Source: an uncultured Pseudomonadales bacterium (GTDB taxonomy: Bacteria > Patescibacteriota > Microgenomatia > UBA1400 > PJMF01). Taken from it: DNA of 48,924 nucleotides. The notes under the pieces were generated by a model, which worked only from the letters and a program-made list of their open reading frames with translations, was not told the DNA's origin and did not search any database. The position numbers were made by a program, and so were the translations under genes. Positions 17,456 through 27,015 of this stretch are shown one piece after another. Location of the stretch: NCBI GenBank assembly GCA_964449995.1, contig CAYVBW010000002.1:3394-52317 (forward strand). The letters are read 5' to 3'. Each line of letters opens with the position of its first letter. Position 1 is the stretch's first letter.

Positions 17456-18169
17456 TTATTTGCTGCCTGTTTTTTGAGATGGTTTTTTCTTTTTAGCCTG
17501 AATTTTTTCAGTTTTTTTGGCTTGAGTAGTTTTTATTAAATTAGATTTTGCCTGCTTTCTATTGGTACTCTTTTCTTGAACCTTTTTAATTTTCTTTTTA
17601 GACTCTTTGGATACAGAAGCAGCTTTTTTATTGAATTTTGGACTAGCCGATTTCTCTGGTTTTGTCTCAATTTCCTCTTGTTTTAAACCGCTAAGCTCAA
17701 TTCCTCTAACCTTAACAATCTTATTAATTTTCTTTAATGCCTCAAATGTTGCGTAAACGCTTGAAGCCTGATTGTCACTACCCAAAATCTTAGCTGATAT
17801 ATCATTAACCCCCGCAGCCTCCATAATAGCCCTTACAGGACCTCCAGCAATAACCCCTGAACCCTGTGCAGCTGGCTTGAGTAAAACATGTCCAGCTCCG
17901 TATCGAGCTTCAATCCTAAAAGGAATTGTTGTTCCATTGATTGGAACGTCAATCATTCCTTTTTTTGCCTGACGGACTCCTTTTTTAATAGCATCAACTA
18001 CTCCTTTAGCCTTTCCTAAACCTAATCCTACTTTACCTTTTCTATCTCCTACAACCATAAGAGCTGAAAAGCTCATCTGATCTCCGCCTTTAGTTTTCTT
18101 TGAAACCCTGGATATTCGAATAACTTTTTCTTCAAATTCTTGTTGGTTTTCTCTATTGTTTTGGGCCAT
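17456..18169 (-). CDS. rpsE: 30S ribosomal protein uS5 with Lys-rich C-terminal tail
   Basis: ATG at 18169 (the track start at 18196 is a TTG overlapping rplR). RISRVSKKTKGG, LKPAAQGSGVIAGGPVRAIMEAAGV. The last ~75 aa are a K/Q/S-rich tail. Confidence 0.9.
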   Translation of the reverse strand: MAQNNRENQQEFEEKVIRISRVSKKTKGGDQMSFSALMVVGDRKGKVGLGLGKAKGVVDAIKKGVRQAKKGMIDVPINGTTIPFRIEARYGAGHVLLKPAAQGSGVIAGGPVRAIMEAAGVNDISAKILGSDNQASSVYATFEALKKINKIVKVRGIELSGLKQEEIETKPEKSASPKFNKKAASVSKESKKKIKKVQEKSTNRKQAKSNLIKTTQAKKTEKIQAKKKKPSQKTGSK

Positions 18170-18185
18170 ATTTATTGATGTTAAT

Positions 18186-18542
18186 TTAAAATTCAATACC
18201 TTCTTTTCTTAAAGTTTCTGCCACCATCTTGACTCTGCCATGATACTTATAAGGACCGCGGTCAAAAACAATTTGTTTAATTTTTTTCTTTTTCATCTCT
18301 TTAGCTAATTCCTTAGCAACCTTAGCTGACTTTTCAGTCTTAGTGCCTTTAAATGTTTCCTCTTTTGCAGCATCGGTAGCTCCAAAAAGACTCTCACCTG
18401 TATCATCATTAATTAACTGCAAATAGATATAGCGATTTGATCTAAAAACAGATAGTCTAGGTCTTTGAGCCGTCCCATGCAATTTCTTGCGCACAGCCAT
18501 CTTTCTTTTTTGTTGGTTAGTGATTTTTTGTACTTGATTCAT
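18186..18542 (-). CDS. rplR: 50S ribosomal protein uL18
   Basis: ATG at 18542 (the track start at 18578 is TTG). RPRLSVFRSNRYIYLQLINDD, VFDRGPYKYHGRVK. Confidence 0.88.
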   Translation of the reverse strand: MNQVQKITNQQKRKMAVRKKLHGTAQRPRLSVFRSNRYIYLQLINDDTGESLFGATDAAKEETFKGTKTEKSAKVAKELAKEMKKKKIKQIVFDRGPYKYHGRVKMVAETLRKEGIEF

Positions 18543-18580
18543 ATTTGCAATATAGCTGTGTAAAAATACCCTTACCAATT

Positions 18581-19120
18581 TTATTCAACAGCTACCTTTC
18601 CCGGCTTCAGTCTTACTATCTCATCCACATAGCGAATACCCTTACCTTTATAAGGCTCTGGGGGCTTGATAGCCCTAATATTAGCTGCTACTTGACCAAC
18701 CAATTGCTTGTCAATTCCCGATACCTTAATAGTGTCATCTCCTTCTACATCCAAGCCTATCCCCTCAACAGCCTCAACCTCTACTGAATGAGAATAACCC
18801 ACCGTCATCTCAAGGCCCTGTCCTTTTTTCTTTACCCGATAGCCTGTTCCTACTAGTTTTAAAATTTTTTTATAACCTTCTGTGACCCCTTGAATGTGAT
18901 TATTGATAAGACTTCTAACTAAACCATGGTAGGCCTTTGTTTGCCTATCATCTTGTTCTCGATCAACCTGAACCTGACTATCTTCTACCTTTACTTTAAT
19001 TTTTTCAAATAAAGGAGCTGTTAGCTCTCCTTGAGGACCTTTTATTAAAATTTGGTTATTTTTAACCTCAACTTTAACTTGATCTGGAATAGTGATTGGT
19101 TTTTTTCCTATTTTTGACAT
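18581..19120 (-). CDS. rplF: 50S ribosomal protein uL6
   Basis: 179-aa ORF. MSKIGKKPITIP, two-domain L6 pattern, PEPYKGKGIRY. Confidence 0.92.
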   Translation of the reverse strand: MSKIGKKPITIPDQVKVEVKNNQILIKGPQGELTAPLFEKIKVKVEDSQVQVDREQDDRQTKAYHGLVRSLINNHIQGVTEGYKKILKLVGTGYRVKKKGQGLEMTVGYSHSVEVEAVEGIGLDVEGDDTIKVSGIDKQLVGQVAANIRAIKPPEPYKGKGIRYVDEIVRLKPGKVAVE

Positions 19121-19126
19121 TGATTA

Positions 19127-19522
19127 TTACCAAATCTGATAAATTAATTCTCCACCCACATTGAGCTTCCTAGCTTCCCTATCAGTCAAAATTCCTTTAT
19201 TAGTCGAAACAATGGTTATTCCATAACTATTTAGCGCAGATGGTATTTCCTCAACTCCAGCATAAAGTCTTCTCCCTGGAGAAGAAATCCTTTTAAAGCC
19301 AGAGATGGCAGGAGAGTCATCAATATAACTAAGTTCAACAATTATTTCATTTTGAGGCTTTTTCTCGATAATCTCAAAATCTTTTATATATTTATTTTCT
19401 TTAAGTTTAAGTAAAATGGCTTCTTTCATTTTAGAATGAGGTACCACAACCTTTTCTTGCTTTGCCAAGAATGCATTCTTAATTCTAGTAAACATATCTC
19501 CAATAGGATCTGTAATTAGCAT
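19127..19522 (-). CDS. rpsH: 30S ribosomal protein uS8
   Basis: 131-aa ORF. DPIGDMFTRIKNA, GITIVSTNKGILTD, GGELIYQIW. Confidence 0.92.
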   Translation of the reverse strand: MLITDPIGDMFTRIKNAFLAKQEKVVVPHSKMKEAILLKLKENKYIKDFEIIEKKPQNEIIVELSYIDDSPAISGFKRISSPGRRLYAGVEEIPSALNSYGITIVSTNKGILTDREARKLNVGGELIYQIW

Positions 19523-19527
19523 AATGT

Positions 19528-19770
19528 TTATTTACTAGCCTTTATAACTCCTGGTAATTCTCCTTTAGAGGCTAGTTCTCTAAAGGTCATCCGACTTAAA
19601 CCAAAGTATCTCATGTATCCTCTGGCGCGACCTGTAATTTTACACCTAGTTACTCCTCTAGTCGAGATTCTATTCTTTTTTCTATCTCCCTGGCTTAAAT
19701 ATTTATCAAAATATTCTTTTCGTTTGTTTCTTAATCTTTTTGACTTAATTACTTTTGCAGTTTTTGCCAT
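19528..19770 (-). CDS. rpsN: 30S ribosomal protein uS14 (80 aa, non-zinc type)
   Basis: ATG at 19770 is preceded by AAGGAGG (the track start at 19794 is a TTG inside the rplE end). [39 protein letters not shown]. It has a single Cys, so it is not a CxxC zinc-ribbon form. Confidence 0.88.
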   Translation of the reverse strand: MAKTAKVIKSKRLRNKRKEYFDKYLSQGDRKKNRISTRGVTRCKITGRARGYMRYFGLSRMTFRELASKGELPGVIKASK

Positions 19771-19777
19771 AATAAAT

Positions 19778-20332
19778 TTATTCCTCCTTTGCAAAAGGGA
19801 TACCTAATAATTCCAACAGTTTAAATGCATGTTCATTATTTTCAGTACTTGTAATAAATGTAACCTGCAAACTTCTGATACCCTCAATTTCATCATAATT
19901 AATTTCAGGAAAAACAATCTGCTCTTCCAATCCTAGGCTATAGTTCCCCCTACCATCAAAGGCTATCCTAGAAACTCCCCTGAAATCTTTGACTCTAGGC
20001 AAAACAATTGAAATTAATTTATCTAAAAATTCCCACATTCTTTCTCCCCTTAAAGTAACCTTTAAGCCCAAAGGGTCTCCTTTTTGAAGAGAAAACTCTG
20101 AAATTGCCTTACGTGCCCTAGTAATAACCGGTTTTTGACCAGTAATAATAGCTAATTGTTGGCTGATATTATCAATAGCTTTCATTCTTTCCCTAGTATC
20201 CACTGGATCAGATATGCCCATGTTTACAACAATCTTTTTGATCTTAGGCGCAGCCATCTGATTGGCAAGCTTTAACTCTGTTACAAGTTTTTTTTGTATT
20301 TCTTGCTGGTATTTTTGCTTTAAGCGATTCAT
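19778..20332 (-). CDS. rplE: 50S ribosomal protein uL5
   Basis: 184-aa [47 protein letters not shown]. Confidence 0.93.
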   Translation of the reverse strand: MNRLKQKYQQEIQKKLVTELKLANQMAAPKIKKIVVNMGISDPVDTRERMKAIDNISQQLAIITGQKPVITRARKAISEFSLQKGDPLGLKVTLRGERMWEFLDKLISIVLPRVKDFRGVSRIAFDGRGNYSLGLEEQIVFPEINYDEIEGIRSLQVTFITSTENNEHAFKLLELLGIPFAKEE

Positions 20333-20376
20333 TTGTAATCTATTAATAATTTCAATAACTTTTTAAGAAAAACCTT

Positions 20377-20748
20377 TTATTTGTCAATTTTTTTAGATGG
20401 TTTCTTTTTAGTTTCTTTTTTTGTTTTTGATTTTTGATAGTTAATTTTTGTACCGGTTTTTTTAAAAATTCTTTCCTTAGAACCATTAGGACCTATGCGA
20501 TACCCAATACGATCAGGTTGTCCTTCTTCATTTAAAATTGCAATTTTTGCTGTATCTAAAGGTCTTTCTTGAACTGTTCTCTCACCAACTCGATTAATCA
20601 TGGGCATTGGCTTAACATGCTTCACATATAAATTAAGATCCTTAACTAAAACTTTATTTTCCTTTGGAAAAACTTGAGTAATTTCTCCCTTTTTACCCTT
20701 ATCCTTACCGATAGTTACAATAACCTGATCCTGTATTTTAAATTTCAT
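20377..20748 (-). CDS. rplX: 50S ribosomal protein uL24
   Basis: 123-aa ORF. KOW motif [17 protein letters not shown] and a Lys-rich C-tail. The start overlaps the rplN stop (ATGA). Confidence 0.9.
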   Translation of the reverse strand: MKFKIQDQVIVTIGKDKGKKGEITQVFPKENKVLVKDLNLYVKHVKPMPMINRVGERTVQERPLDTAKIAILNEEGQPDRIGYRIGPNGSKERIFKKTGTKINYQKSKTKKETKKKPSKKIDK

Positions 20749-21119
20749 AATACCTCCGGTGCCAAACTAGCAATTTTAGAATAACCTCTATCTTTAACCT
20801 CACGAGCAATCGGACCAAAGACCCTCGTGCCAACTGGCAGTAATCTTTCTCGTGATTCAATAATTACCGCTGCGTTGTCATCAAATCGAATATATTCACC
20901 ATTTTCTCGGCGTTTTTCTTTCCTTGTCCGGACAATAACAGCTTGAACCTTTTCTCCCTTTTTAATATTAGCGTTTGGTTCTGCTTCTATTACTGATGCT
21001 GAGACCATATCGCCCACATATCCAAATCTTCTTTTAGAACCACCATAAACTAAAATTACTCTAATTTTTTTGGCTCCGGTGTTGTCAGCTACTTTTAAAA
21101 CAGATCTTAATTGTATCAT
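20745..21119 (-). CDS. rplN: 50S ribosomal protein uL14
   Basis: 124-aa [35 protein letters not shown] stop. Confidence 0.93.
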   Translation of the reverse strand: MIQLRSVLKVADNTGAKKIRVILVYGGSKRRFGYVGDMVSASVIEAEPNANIKKGEKVQAVIVRTRKEKRRENGEYIRFDDNAAVIIESRERLLPVGTRVFGPIAREVKDRGYSKIASLAPEVL

Positions 21120-21138
21120 GATTGGTGTCTTTTAATGG

Positions 21139-21372
21139 CTAATCTTCAATCTTTTTAATAACTTTAAAATGTTTAGTTTTACTAATTGGCTTACATTCTT
21201 GAATCAAAACCTTATCTTTAATTTCGAGTTGAATCCCCTCTACATGACAAGCATATTTTTTTGTACGATTAACATACTTCTTATATAAAGGGTGCTTCCA
21301 TAAACGAGCAACATTCACTATTGCTGTTTTATCTCCCGAAATTGAAGTGACTGTCCCTGTAAGTGTTTTCAT
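21139..21372 (-). CDS. rpsQ: 30S ribosomal protein uS17
   Basis: 77-aa ORF. LTGTVTSISGDKTAIVNV, HPLYKKYVNRTKKYACH, ECKPISKTKHF. Confidence 0.9.
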   Translation of the reverse strand: MKTLTGTVTSISGDKTAIVNVARLWKHPLYKKYVNRTKKYACHVEGIQLEIKDKVLIQECKPISKTKHFKVIKKIED

Positions 21373-21374
21373 AT

Positions 21375-21608
21375 TTATTTAGAATTTTTCTTAGGTGTTT
21401 CTATTAATTGTTTTAGCTGCTTTTCTCTTATAATAGTTTTAATTCGAGCCACATCTTTTCTCAATCGATCAGGTTTACTCGTATCTTCTAATTTTTGAGC
21501 AGACCTCTCCAATCTAGACTTAACCAACTCTTTCTCTAATCCCTGAAGTCTTTCTTGCAATTGATCTACTGTCAATTGGTGTAGCTCTTTAATTTGATCA
21601 GTTTTCAT
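21375..21608 (-). CDS. rpmC: 50S ribosomal protein uL29
   Basis: 77-aa helical ORF (LTVDQLQERLQGLEKELVKSRLE...VARIKTIIRE) between rplP and rpsQ. Confidence 0.85.
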   Translation of the reverse strand: MKTDQIKELHQLTVDQLQERLQGLEKELVKSRLERSAQKLEDTSKPDRLRKDVARIKTIIREKQLKQLIETPKKNSK

Positions 21609-21612
21609 ATTA

Positions 21613-22020
21613 TTAATCTTTGACTATAAATTTAGTTTTAACTGGTAATTTATGAGCTGCTTTATAAAAAGCTGAACGAGCTGTTGCCTCATCAACTCCT
21701 CCTAGCTCGAAAATTACCGTACCTGGCTTAACCTTAACCTCATAATGACTTATTGCTCCTTTTCCACCACCCATCTTTACCCCTACCGGCTTAAGTGTCA
21801 TAGGCGTGTGAGGAAAAACTCTTACCCAATATTTTCCACTTCTTTGCGTTACAAAGGTTATTTTTTTTCGAGCAGCTTCTAAAGCTTGTGATTTAATTCT
21901 CCCTCTTTCCACTGCCTTAAGCCCATATTGGCCAAATTCAATACTAGTGCCCCTGCTTGCCTGACCTTTATGTCTGCCTCTAAATTCTTTCCTGTATTTT
22001 CTGCGCTTAGGTTGTAACAT
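21613..22020 (-). CDS. rplP: 50S ribosomal protein uL16
   Basis: 135-aa ORF. MLQPKRRKYRKEFRGR, KMGGGKGAISHY. Confidence 0.93.
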   Translation of the reverse strand: MLQPKRRKYRKEFRGRHKGQASRGTSIEFGQYGLKAVERGRIKSQALEAARKKITFVTQRSGKYWVRVFPHTPMTLKPVGVKMGGGKGAISHYEVKVKPGTVIFELGGVDEATARSAFYKAAHKLPVKTKFIVKD

Positions 22021-22043
22021 AGCTATAAAAAATTAAATAAAAA

Positions 22044-22721
22044 TTAATTTTCCTCCTCATCTTCTAAAATATCTCCTTTATAAATCCAAACTTTTATACC
22101 AACGTACCCACTCCTGGTTTTAGCAGGAGATTCGTAATAATCAATGTCAGCCCTTAGTGTTTGAGAAGGAACACTGCCTAATGAATATTTCTCAGTGCGG
22201 CCAATCTCAGTTCCCCCAATTCTTCCTGAAAGTTGTATTTTAACACCTTTTGCTCCTGCAGACATAACTTTTTCCAAAGCTTGATTAACAGCTCTTCTAT
22301 GAGGATATCTACCAATAAGTTGAAAGGCTAATCTTTCAGCGACTAATTTTGCACTTAATTCAGGTTGTTGTATTTCCTCAACGCGAAGATTAACCCTAAT
22401 TTTTTTTCTAGAATCATCGTTATTTTGCTCTTCTTGTATTATCTCTTCGACTCCTTCTTTTATCTCTTGAAGATTTCCGCCACCTTTCCCAATAACTACC
22501 CCTGGCCGACTGACTCTTAAGGTAATCTTCATTGTTGTTAAAGATCTCTCAATTATCGCTTCATCTAAACCAGCGCTAGCTAATTTTTCATTCAAATATT
22601 TTCTTAACTTATAATCCTCTAAGACTTTGTCTGAATATTTATCTTTATTAGCAAACCACCTTGATTTCCAAGAGTAAATATTACCCATTCTGTATAGTGT
22701 TGGATTAACCTTTTGTCCCAT
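22044..22721 (-). CDS. rpsC: 30S ribosomal protein uS3
   Basis: 225-aa ORF. MGQKVNPTLYRMG, KH domain RPGVVIGKGGGNLQEIK, GRIGGTEIGRTE. Confidence 0.93.
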   Translation of the reverse strand: MGQKVNPTLYRMGNIYSWKSRWFANKDKYSDKVLEDYKLRKYLNEKLASAGLDEAIIERSLTTMKITLRVSRPGVVIGKGGGNLQEIKEGVEEIIQEEQNNDDSRKKIRVNLRVEEIQQPELSAKLVAERLAFQLIGRYPHRRAVNQALEKVMSAGAKGVKIQLSGRIGGTEIGRTEKYSLGSVPSQTLRADIDYYESPAKTRSGYVGIKVWIYKGDILEDEEEN

Positions 22722-22755
22722 ATTTTTAATAATTTATTAATATTTTTAATAACTA

Positions 22756-23337
22756 TTAGCGTGAAGAGCTAGCCTTTCTTCTGTGTAGTTTGGCTGTAGC
22801 GGGGTCGCGCACCACTTGACCTTTAATTTTACTTTCATCTTTAATCTTTTGTTTTTGGATATCTTTTTGTGACTTAACTCTAGATTGAATCTTTTTTACT
22901 TGTTTTTTGGTAGTCTTTTTGGTCTGAGTTGTTCTTATCTTATCAACTGGCTTAGTCTGTTGTTTTTTTGCTCCAGTTCTAACTTCAGCTATCTTATCTA
23001 TTGCCTGTTTCGTCCTTAATATTACTTCCACATGACTTGTCCTTTTCAAAATTCTGTGAGCCCTTCCTCGAGAAACAGGTCTCATTCTTTTATAAGTAGG
23101 TCCTGTTTTTACTAAAATTTGGTCAATCTCTAAATCTTTTATATCAAGTTGATGATTATTAACAGCGTTGGCCACTGCTTGTCTTAAAACTTTCAAAATT
23201 ACCAATGCCCCCTTGCGCTCCATTAGTGAGAGCTGGATAAATGCCTGATCTAAAGGTAAGTCCTTAACTTGATTAGCTATAAGCCTAACCTTTCTAGGAG
23301 ACTGTCTTGAATTTTTTTGCTGTGCTCTAATTTTCAT
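22756..23337 (-). CDS. rplV: 50S ribosomal protein uL22 with long basic C-terminal tail
   Basis: 193-aa ORF. SPRKVRLIANQVKD, VSRGRAHRILKRTSHVEVIL, then an ~80-aa K/Q/T-rich tail. Confidence 0.9.
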   Translation of the reverse strand: MKIRAQQKNSRQSPRKVRLIANQVKDLPLDQAFIQLSLMERKGALVILKVLRQAVANAVNNHQLDIKDLEIDQILVKTGPTYKRMRPVSRGRAHRILKRTSHVEVILRTKQAIDKIAEVRTGAKKQQTKPVDKIRTTQTKKTTKKQVKKIQSRVKSQKDIQKQKIKDESKIKGQVVRDPATAKLHRRKASSSR

Positions 23338-23369
23338 TTTATTTTCAATAAGTTAAATAGCTTCAAATT

Positions 23370-23654
23370 TTATGTCTTGGCAATAATTCTCTTGACCATT
23401 CTGCCATGACCTCTAAAAATTCTAGTAGGAGCAAATTCCCCTAAGCGATGACCAACCATACTTTCATTAATAAAAACCTCTTCAAAACCTTTTCCTTTGT
23501 GAACCAAGAAAGTATGACCCACAAATTCAGGTGCTATCATACAAGCCCGATTATATGTTTGAATTGGCTTCTTATCTCCTGTGTTTTTCTGCTCTTTGAC
23601 CTTAGTTAATAAAACTGGGTCAATATATGGTCCTTTTTTGCTGCTTCTTGCCAT
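23370..23654 (-). CDS. rpsS: 30S ribosomal protein uS19
   Basis: 94-aa ORF. MARSSKKGPYID, VGHTFLVHKGKGF, GHRLGEFAPTR. Confidence 0.93.
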   Translation of the reverse strand: MARSSKKGPYIDPVLLTKVKEQKNTGDKKPIQTYNRACMIAPEFVGHTFLVHKGKGFEEVFINESMVGHRLGEFAPTRIFRGHGRMVKRIIAKT

Positions 23655-23670
23655 GTTTTTTATTAATTAG

Positions 23671-24510
23671 TTAATTTTTTTTAATTCTTCTGTCTTTTAC
23701 AATCCACTTGTCAGAGTGTTTACTGCGACGAGTCTTTTTACCAGGAGAAGCAATCTTGCCCCAAGGTGTTTTGGCATATTTTAAACCAACCCCACTGCGA
23801 CCCTCACCACCTCCATGTGGATGAGACCCTGGGTGTTGAGCTGTACCACGAACGCTTGGCCTAATACCCATCAATCTCTTTCTGCCTGCTTTGCCAAGTT
23901 TTCTACTCTTCCAATCACTGTTTCCAACTCGGCCAATTGTAGCGAAGCACTTGAGATTAATCAATCGATGCTCTTTTGATGGCATTTGGACAACCGCATA
24001 TTTATCTTCCTTTGATTGAATCACTGCAGCCAAACCTGCTCCTCTAACTAGCTGCCCACCTTTCCCAGGTCGAAGCTCAATATTGTGAATAGGCATTCCA
24101 ATCGGAATCTGGGCTAGTGGTAGGGCATTTCCTGGTTTAACTTCTACATTTTTACCAGCAGCAATCTCATCACCAACCTTAATTTGTTCTGGAGCCAATA
24201 TATATCGCTTTTCTCCATCTTTGTAAAAAATTAAAGCAATGTTAGCACTTCTCATTGGATCGTATTCCAATCGAGTCACTACTCCAGGTACTTCAAGTTT
24301 ATCTCTGCGAAAATCTATCAGTCTTTGCTTTTTTTTCACCCCACCACCTCGATGTCGAACTGTAATTCTCCCCTGAGAAGAACGACCCTGACGCTTTTTG
24401 TGACCCTTGCGCAATAGGGATTTTTCAGGTTTCCCACTATGCAAATCACTGCGATCCACCTTAATCTGGTGTCTTGTTGCTGGTGATGTTGGCTTTTTCT
24501 TTTTAATCAT
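23671..24510 (-). CDS. rplB: 50S ribosomal protein uL2
   Basis: 279-aa ORF. GRSSQGRITVRHRGGGVKK, VRGTAQHPGSHPHGGGEGRS. Confidence 0.94.
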   Translation of the reverse strand: MIKKKKPTSPATRHQIKVDRSDLHSGKPEKSLLRKGHKKRQGRSSQGRITVRHRGGGVKKKQRLIDFRRDKLEVPGVVTRLEYDPMRSANIALIFYKDGEKRYILAPEQIKVGDEIAAGKNVEVKPGNALPLAQIPIGMPIHNIELRPGKGGQLVRGAGLAAVIQSKEDKYAVVQMPSKEHRLINLKCFATIGRVGNSDWKSRKLGKAGRKRLMGIRPSVRGTAQHPGSHPHGGGEGRSGVGLKYAKTPWGKIASPGKKTRRSKHSDKWIVKDRRIKKN

Positions 24511-24515
24511 TGGTT

Positions 24516-24809
24516 TTATTGTTCACTAACATCAAATAATTCTATCTTTTGACCCGACTTAACTTTAACTAAAGCTTTTTTATAAACCGGACTTAATTTT
24601 AAAAGTCTCTTTGATCCAGTTCTTCTTCTTTTACTAGGACTAATAACTGTATTAATTTTTTCAACCTCAACTTCAAATAATGTCTCGACCAAAGATTTGA
24701 TTTGAGTCTTGCTAGCCAAGTAATCAACCTCAAAGGTATAAATGTTTTCTTGATTAGCTAAAGCTAATGATTTTTCTGTAATGATAGGTCTCTTAATCAA
24801 TTTTTTCAT
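24516..24809 (-). CDS. rplW: 50S ribosomal protein uL23
   Basis: 97-aa ORF. IKRPIITEKS, YTFEVD, KKALVKV. Sits between rplD and rplB. Confidence 0.88.
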   Translation of the reverse strand: MKKLIKRPIITEKSLALANQENIYTFEVDYLASKTQIKSLVETLFEVEVEKINTVISPSKRRRTGSKRLLKLSPVYKKALVKVKSGQKIELFDVSEQ

Positions 24810-24811
24810 AT

Positions 24812-25456
24812 TTAAATTGTCAGTTTTTCTTGCAGAGTCTCCAAAGAATCAGTGGTTAAAATAATTTTATCTGCCTGTGCTATTAATAAAGCATTAACTA
24901 AATCAACAATAATCACCCTAACTTTAGGAATATTTTTTACTGCTCTATTAAGTTTTTCATTTTTTTTGTCAACTATGATCAGTAAATTATTTTTCGTTAA
25001 ATTGAACTTTTCTCCTTCAAATTTAGCCACTATCTCATTTAAAAGCTCAAAAGCCTGCTTTGTTTTTCCTGAAAGGTCTTTAATTTCATCATTAATAACA
25101 ATATTCTGAACTTGAGCTGACAAAGCTGCTATGGTAGCTTGTTTTCTTTGGCTTTTAGTAAGTTTCTTTTTCCAATTTTCTGCTCCTGTTGGCCCATGAG
25201 CTACTGCACCCCCTACAAATAAAGTGGCATCTCTTGCTCCATGCCTAGCATTCCCAGTCCCTTTTTGGCGATACCACTTGCGTGTTGTCCTTGACACGTC
25301 AGATCTAGTTTGAGTTTTACTAGTCCCTTGTCTTTTATTAGACATATATACTCTAACTGCCTGCGCCAAAAGCTGATCGTTGGTCTTGTTAAAGAGATTA
25401 TCATCTGCTGTAACGCTACTATCACGACTGGTGGTTCTAATAACTTTAAGTTTCAT
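24812..25456 (-). CDS. rplD: 50S ribosomal protein uL4
   Basis: 214-aa ORF. RQKGTGNARHGARDATLFVGGAVAHGP. Confidence 0.9.
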   Translation of the reverse strand: MKLKVIRTTSRDSSVTADDNLFNKTNDQLLAQAVRVYMSNKRQGTSKTQTRSDVSRTTRKWYRQKGTGNARHGARDATLFVGGAVAHGPTGAENWKKKLTKSQRKQATIAALSAQVQNIVINDEIKDLSGKTKQAFELLNEIVAKFEGEKFNLTKNNLLIIVDKKNEKLNRAVKNIPKVRVIIVDLVNALLIAQADKIILTTDSLETLQEKLTI

Positions 25457-25459
25457 TTA

Positions 25460-26383
25460 TTATTTCTTATTTTTGTTCTTTCCAGTTTCTTTTTTTTTGA
25501 CTTCCTCTTTCTCATTTTCAGGCTCTTTTTCTTGAGCTTGTTTTTCTTCACCTTCGATAGGCTCATCTTTAACAAGTGCTTGACTATTTTCATCTTTTTT
25601 TTCTTCATCTTTTAATGGTACTTTTTCTGTTTTTTCCTGTTGATGAGTAGATTGTATCTTAATGCCTGAGGCTACTTTATCTAGCTCTAAATTATTTTTT
25701 TTATCTATTTTTGTAATACTAATAATTGAATTGCGATGTCCCGGAATAGGACCGCTCAACCAGACCTCTTTCTTGTCAGGGTCTATATGCACAACTGTCA
25801 AGTTTCTTACAGTAACAGTTTCATTACCATAATGACCTGGCATTTTTTTGCCCTTAAAAACATGCCCCCAATCTGCAGAGGCACCAATTGATCCCACTGC
25901 TCTTTCCCGATCTCGCTGCCCATGGGTTCTAGGACCACCAGCCATTCCATAGCGTTTAACCACACCAGCAAAGCCCCTACCCTTGGAGCTACCTTGTACT
26001 TTTACCACATCACCAACTTCCAGGACTTGTTCAAGATTAATAGTTTGGCCAGCCTTAAAGGGTATTTTTTCTTCTTGAAGCTCTTCCTCAAAAAACAATC
26101 TAATGCCTCTAATTTGTTTGGGCCCAAAAGAAAAACCGCTCTGTTCAATTTTTGTTCGGAGCGGCTTTGGAGTATTTTTTAATTTTTTTCTACCATAACC
26201 TATCTCTAAAATGAGGCATGGTTGTTTTTTAAAAGTTGAATTTTGAGAAACTTTAACTACTGCTTTTTGTGTGCCTAAAATTATATTTTGATCGACCAAA
26301 CACTTAGTCACAGGCAACCTTTTTCCGTCCTTGGTCCAGGCTTGAGACATACCTCCTTTGGTTGCAAAAATTGTATTTAACAT
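25460..26383 (-). CDS. rplC: 50S ribosomal protein uL3 with Glu/Lys-rich C-terminal tail
   Basis: ATG at 26383 (the track start at 26392 is TTG). ATKGGMSQAWTKDGKRLPVT, GSSKGRGFAGVVKRYGMAGGPRTHGQ. The last ~85 aa are an E/K-rich tail. Confidence 0.9.
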   Translation of the reverse strand: MLNTIFATKGGMSQAWTKDGKRLPVTKCLVDQNIILGTQKAVVKVSQNSTFKKQPCLILEIGYGRKKLKNTPKPLRTKIEQSGFSFGPKQIRGIRLFFEEELQEEKIPFKAGQTINLEQVLEVGDVVKVQGSSKGRGFAGVVKRYGMAGGPRTHGQRDRERAVGSIGASADWGHVFKGKKMPGHYGNETVTVRNLTVVHIDPDKKEVWLSGPIPGHRNSIISITKIDKKNNLELDKVASGIKIQSTHQQEKTEKVPLKDEEKKDENSQALVKDEPIEGEEKQAQEKEPENEKEEVKKKETGKNKNKK

Positions 26384-26475
26384 AATAATCAATTTTTTGT
26401 ATAAGGTCCAAAAAAAATAATTTTTTTGCCACGTTATAAATAATCCAACTAATTTTATTAATAGTCACCAAATAA

Positions 26476-26814
26476 TTACATTTTAATCTGAATGTCCACA
26501 CCGGCAGGTAATTCCAAATGCATTAAAGAGTCAATTGTCTTATTAGTAGGTTCGACAATATCAACTAATCTTTTGTGAGTTCTAATTTCATAATGTTCTT
26601 GAGCGTCCTTATCAGCGTTTGGCGAAATTAAAACTGTAAATTCTTTAATATGCGTAGGCAAAGGCACAGGCCCTATAACTTTTGCTCCAGTAGATAGTGC
26701 TGTTTGCAAAATTTTGCGGCTTGCCTCATCTATTACACGATGATCATAAGATTTAAGCCTAACTCTAATCTTATTTTGAGTTTCCTCGTTGTTCTGATTC
26801 TGACTCTTTGCCAT
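26476..26814 (-). CDS. rpsJ: 30S ribosomal protein uS10
   Basis: 112-aa [38 protein letters not shown]. Confidence 0.93.
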   Translation of the reverse strand: MAKSQNQNNEETQNKIRVRLKSYDHRVIDEASRKILQTALSTGAKVIGPVPLPTHIKEFTVLISPNADKDAQEHYEIRTHKRLVDIVEPTNKTIDSLMHLELPAGVDIQIKM

Positions 26815-26865
26815 AATGTTTTTTAGATTGTTAACAAACTAAATATTAAATAGTGACAGGGCGTG

Positions 26866-26894
26866 ATTATAATAAATTTTTTAGCTTTTGTACA
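26866..26894 (-). promoter_or_regulatory. Candidate promoter of the S10 operon (TGTACA-17 nt-TATAAT)
   Basis: The minus strand reads TGTACA (26889-26894), a 17-nt spacer, then TATAAT (26866-26871). It lies downstream of the tuf terminator and about 50 nt upstream of the rpsJ ATG. Motif match only. Confidence 0.3.
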
Positions 26895-26965
26895 GCTCTT
26901 TTTGCTACATTTATTAGTCATTCGTTCTGTCGTCTTTGTTTATCTAAAAGGTGAACAAAAGTCAA

Positions 26966-26993
26966 AATAACCCCGCCAAACGACGGGGTTATT
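26966..26993 (-). terminator. Intrinsic terminator downstream of tuf
   Basis: Perfect 10-bp stem (26966-26975 with 26984-26993, GC core CCCCG/CGGGG) and an 8-nt loop. On the minus strand it is followed by UUGACUUUUGUU. It starts 23 nt after the tuf stop. Confidence 0.6.
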
Positions 26994-27015
26994 CTTAAAC
27001 TTTAACAGTAATTTC

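Noticed and set aside
18170-18196. N-terminal extensions in the ORF track for rpsE. The same pattern occurs for rplR (18543-18578), rplO (17427-17432), rpsN (19771-19794), rplC (26384-26392), OFOR alpha (9241-9246) and VanZ-like (9664-9702).
   Set aside because: The first codon of each track ORF is TTG on inspection. A downstream ATG gives the canonical N-terminus. For rpsN the ATG is preceded by AAGGAGG. The extensions would overlap the upstream genes.
25310-25615. 101-aa plus-strand ORF rich in Phe/Leu. Many other 60-100-aa ORFs antisense to conserved genes are in the same class (e.g. 262-453, 1308-1556, 4735-4998, 12119-12313, 17772-17972, 26304-26501, 27437-27715, 31655-31927, 42532-42798, 46691-46909).
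   Set aside because: All lie inside, and antisense to or out of frame with, strongly conserved genes. Their composition simply mirrors the opposite strand (for example, poly-Phe opposite Lys-rich tails). They have no SD or family resemblance.
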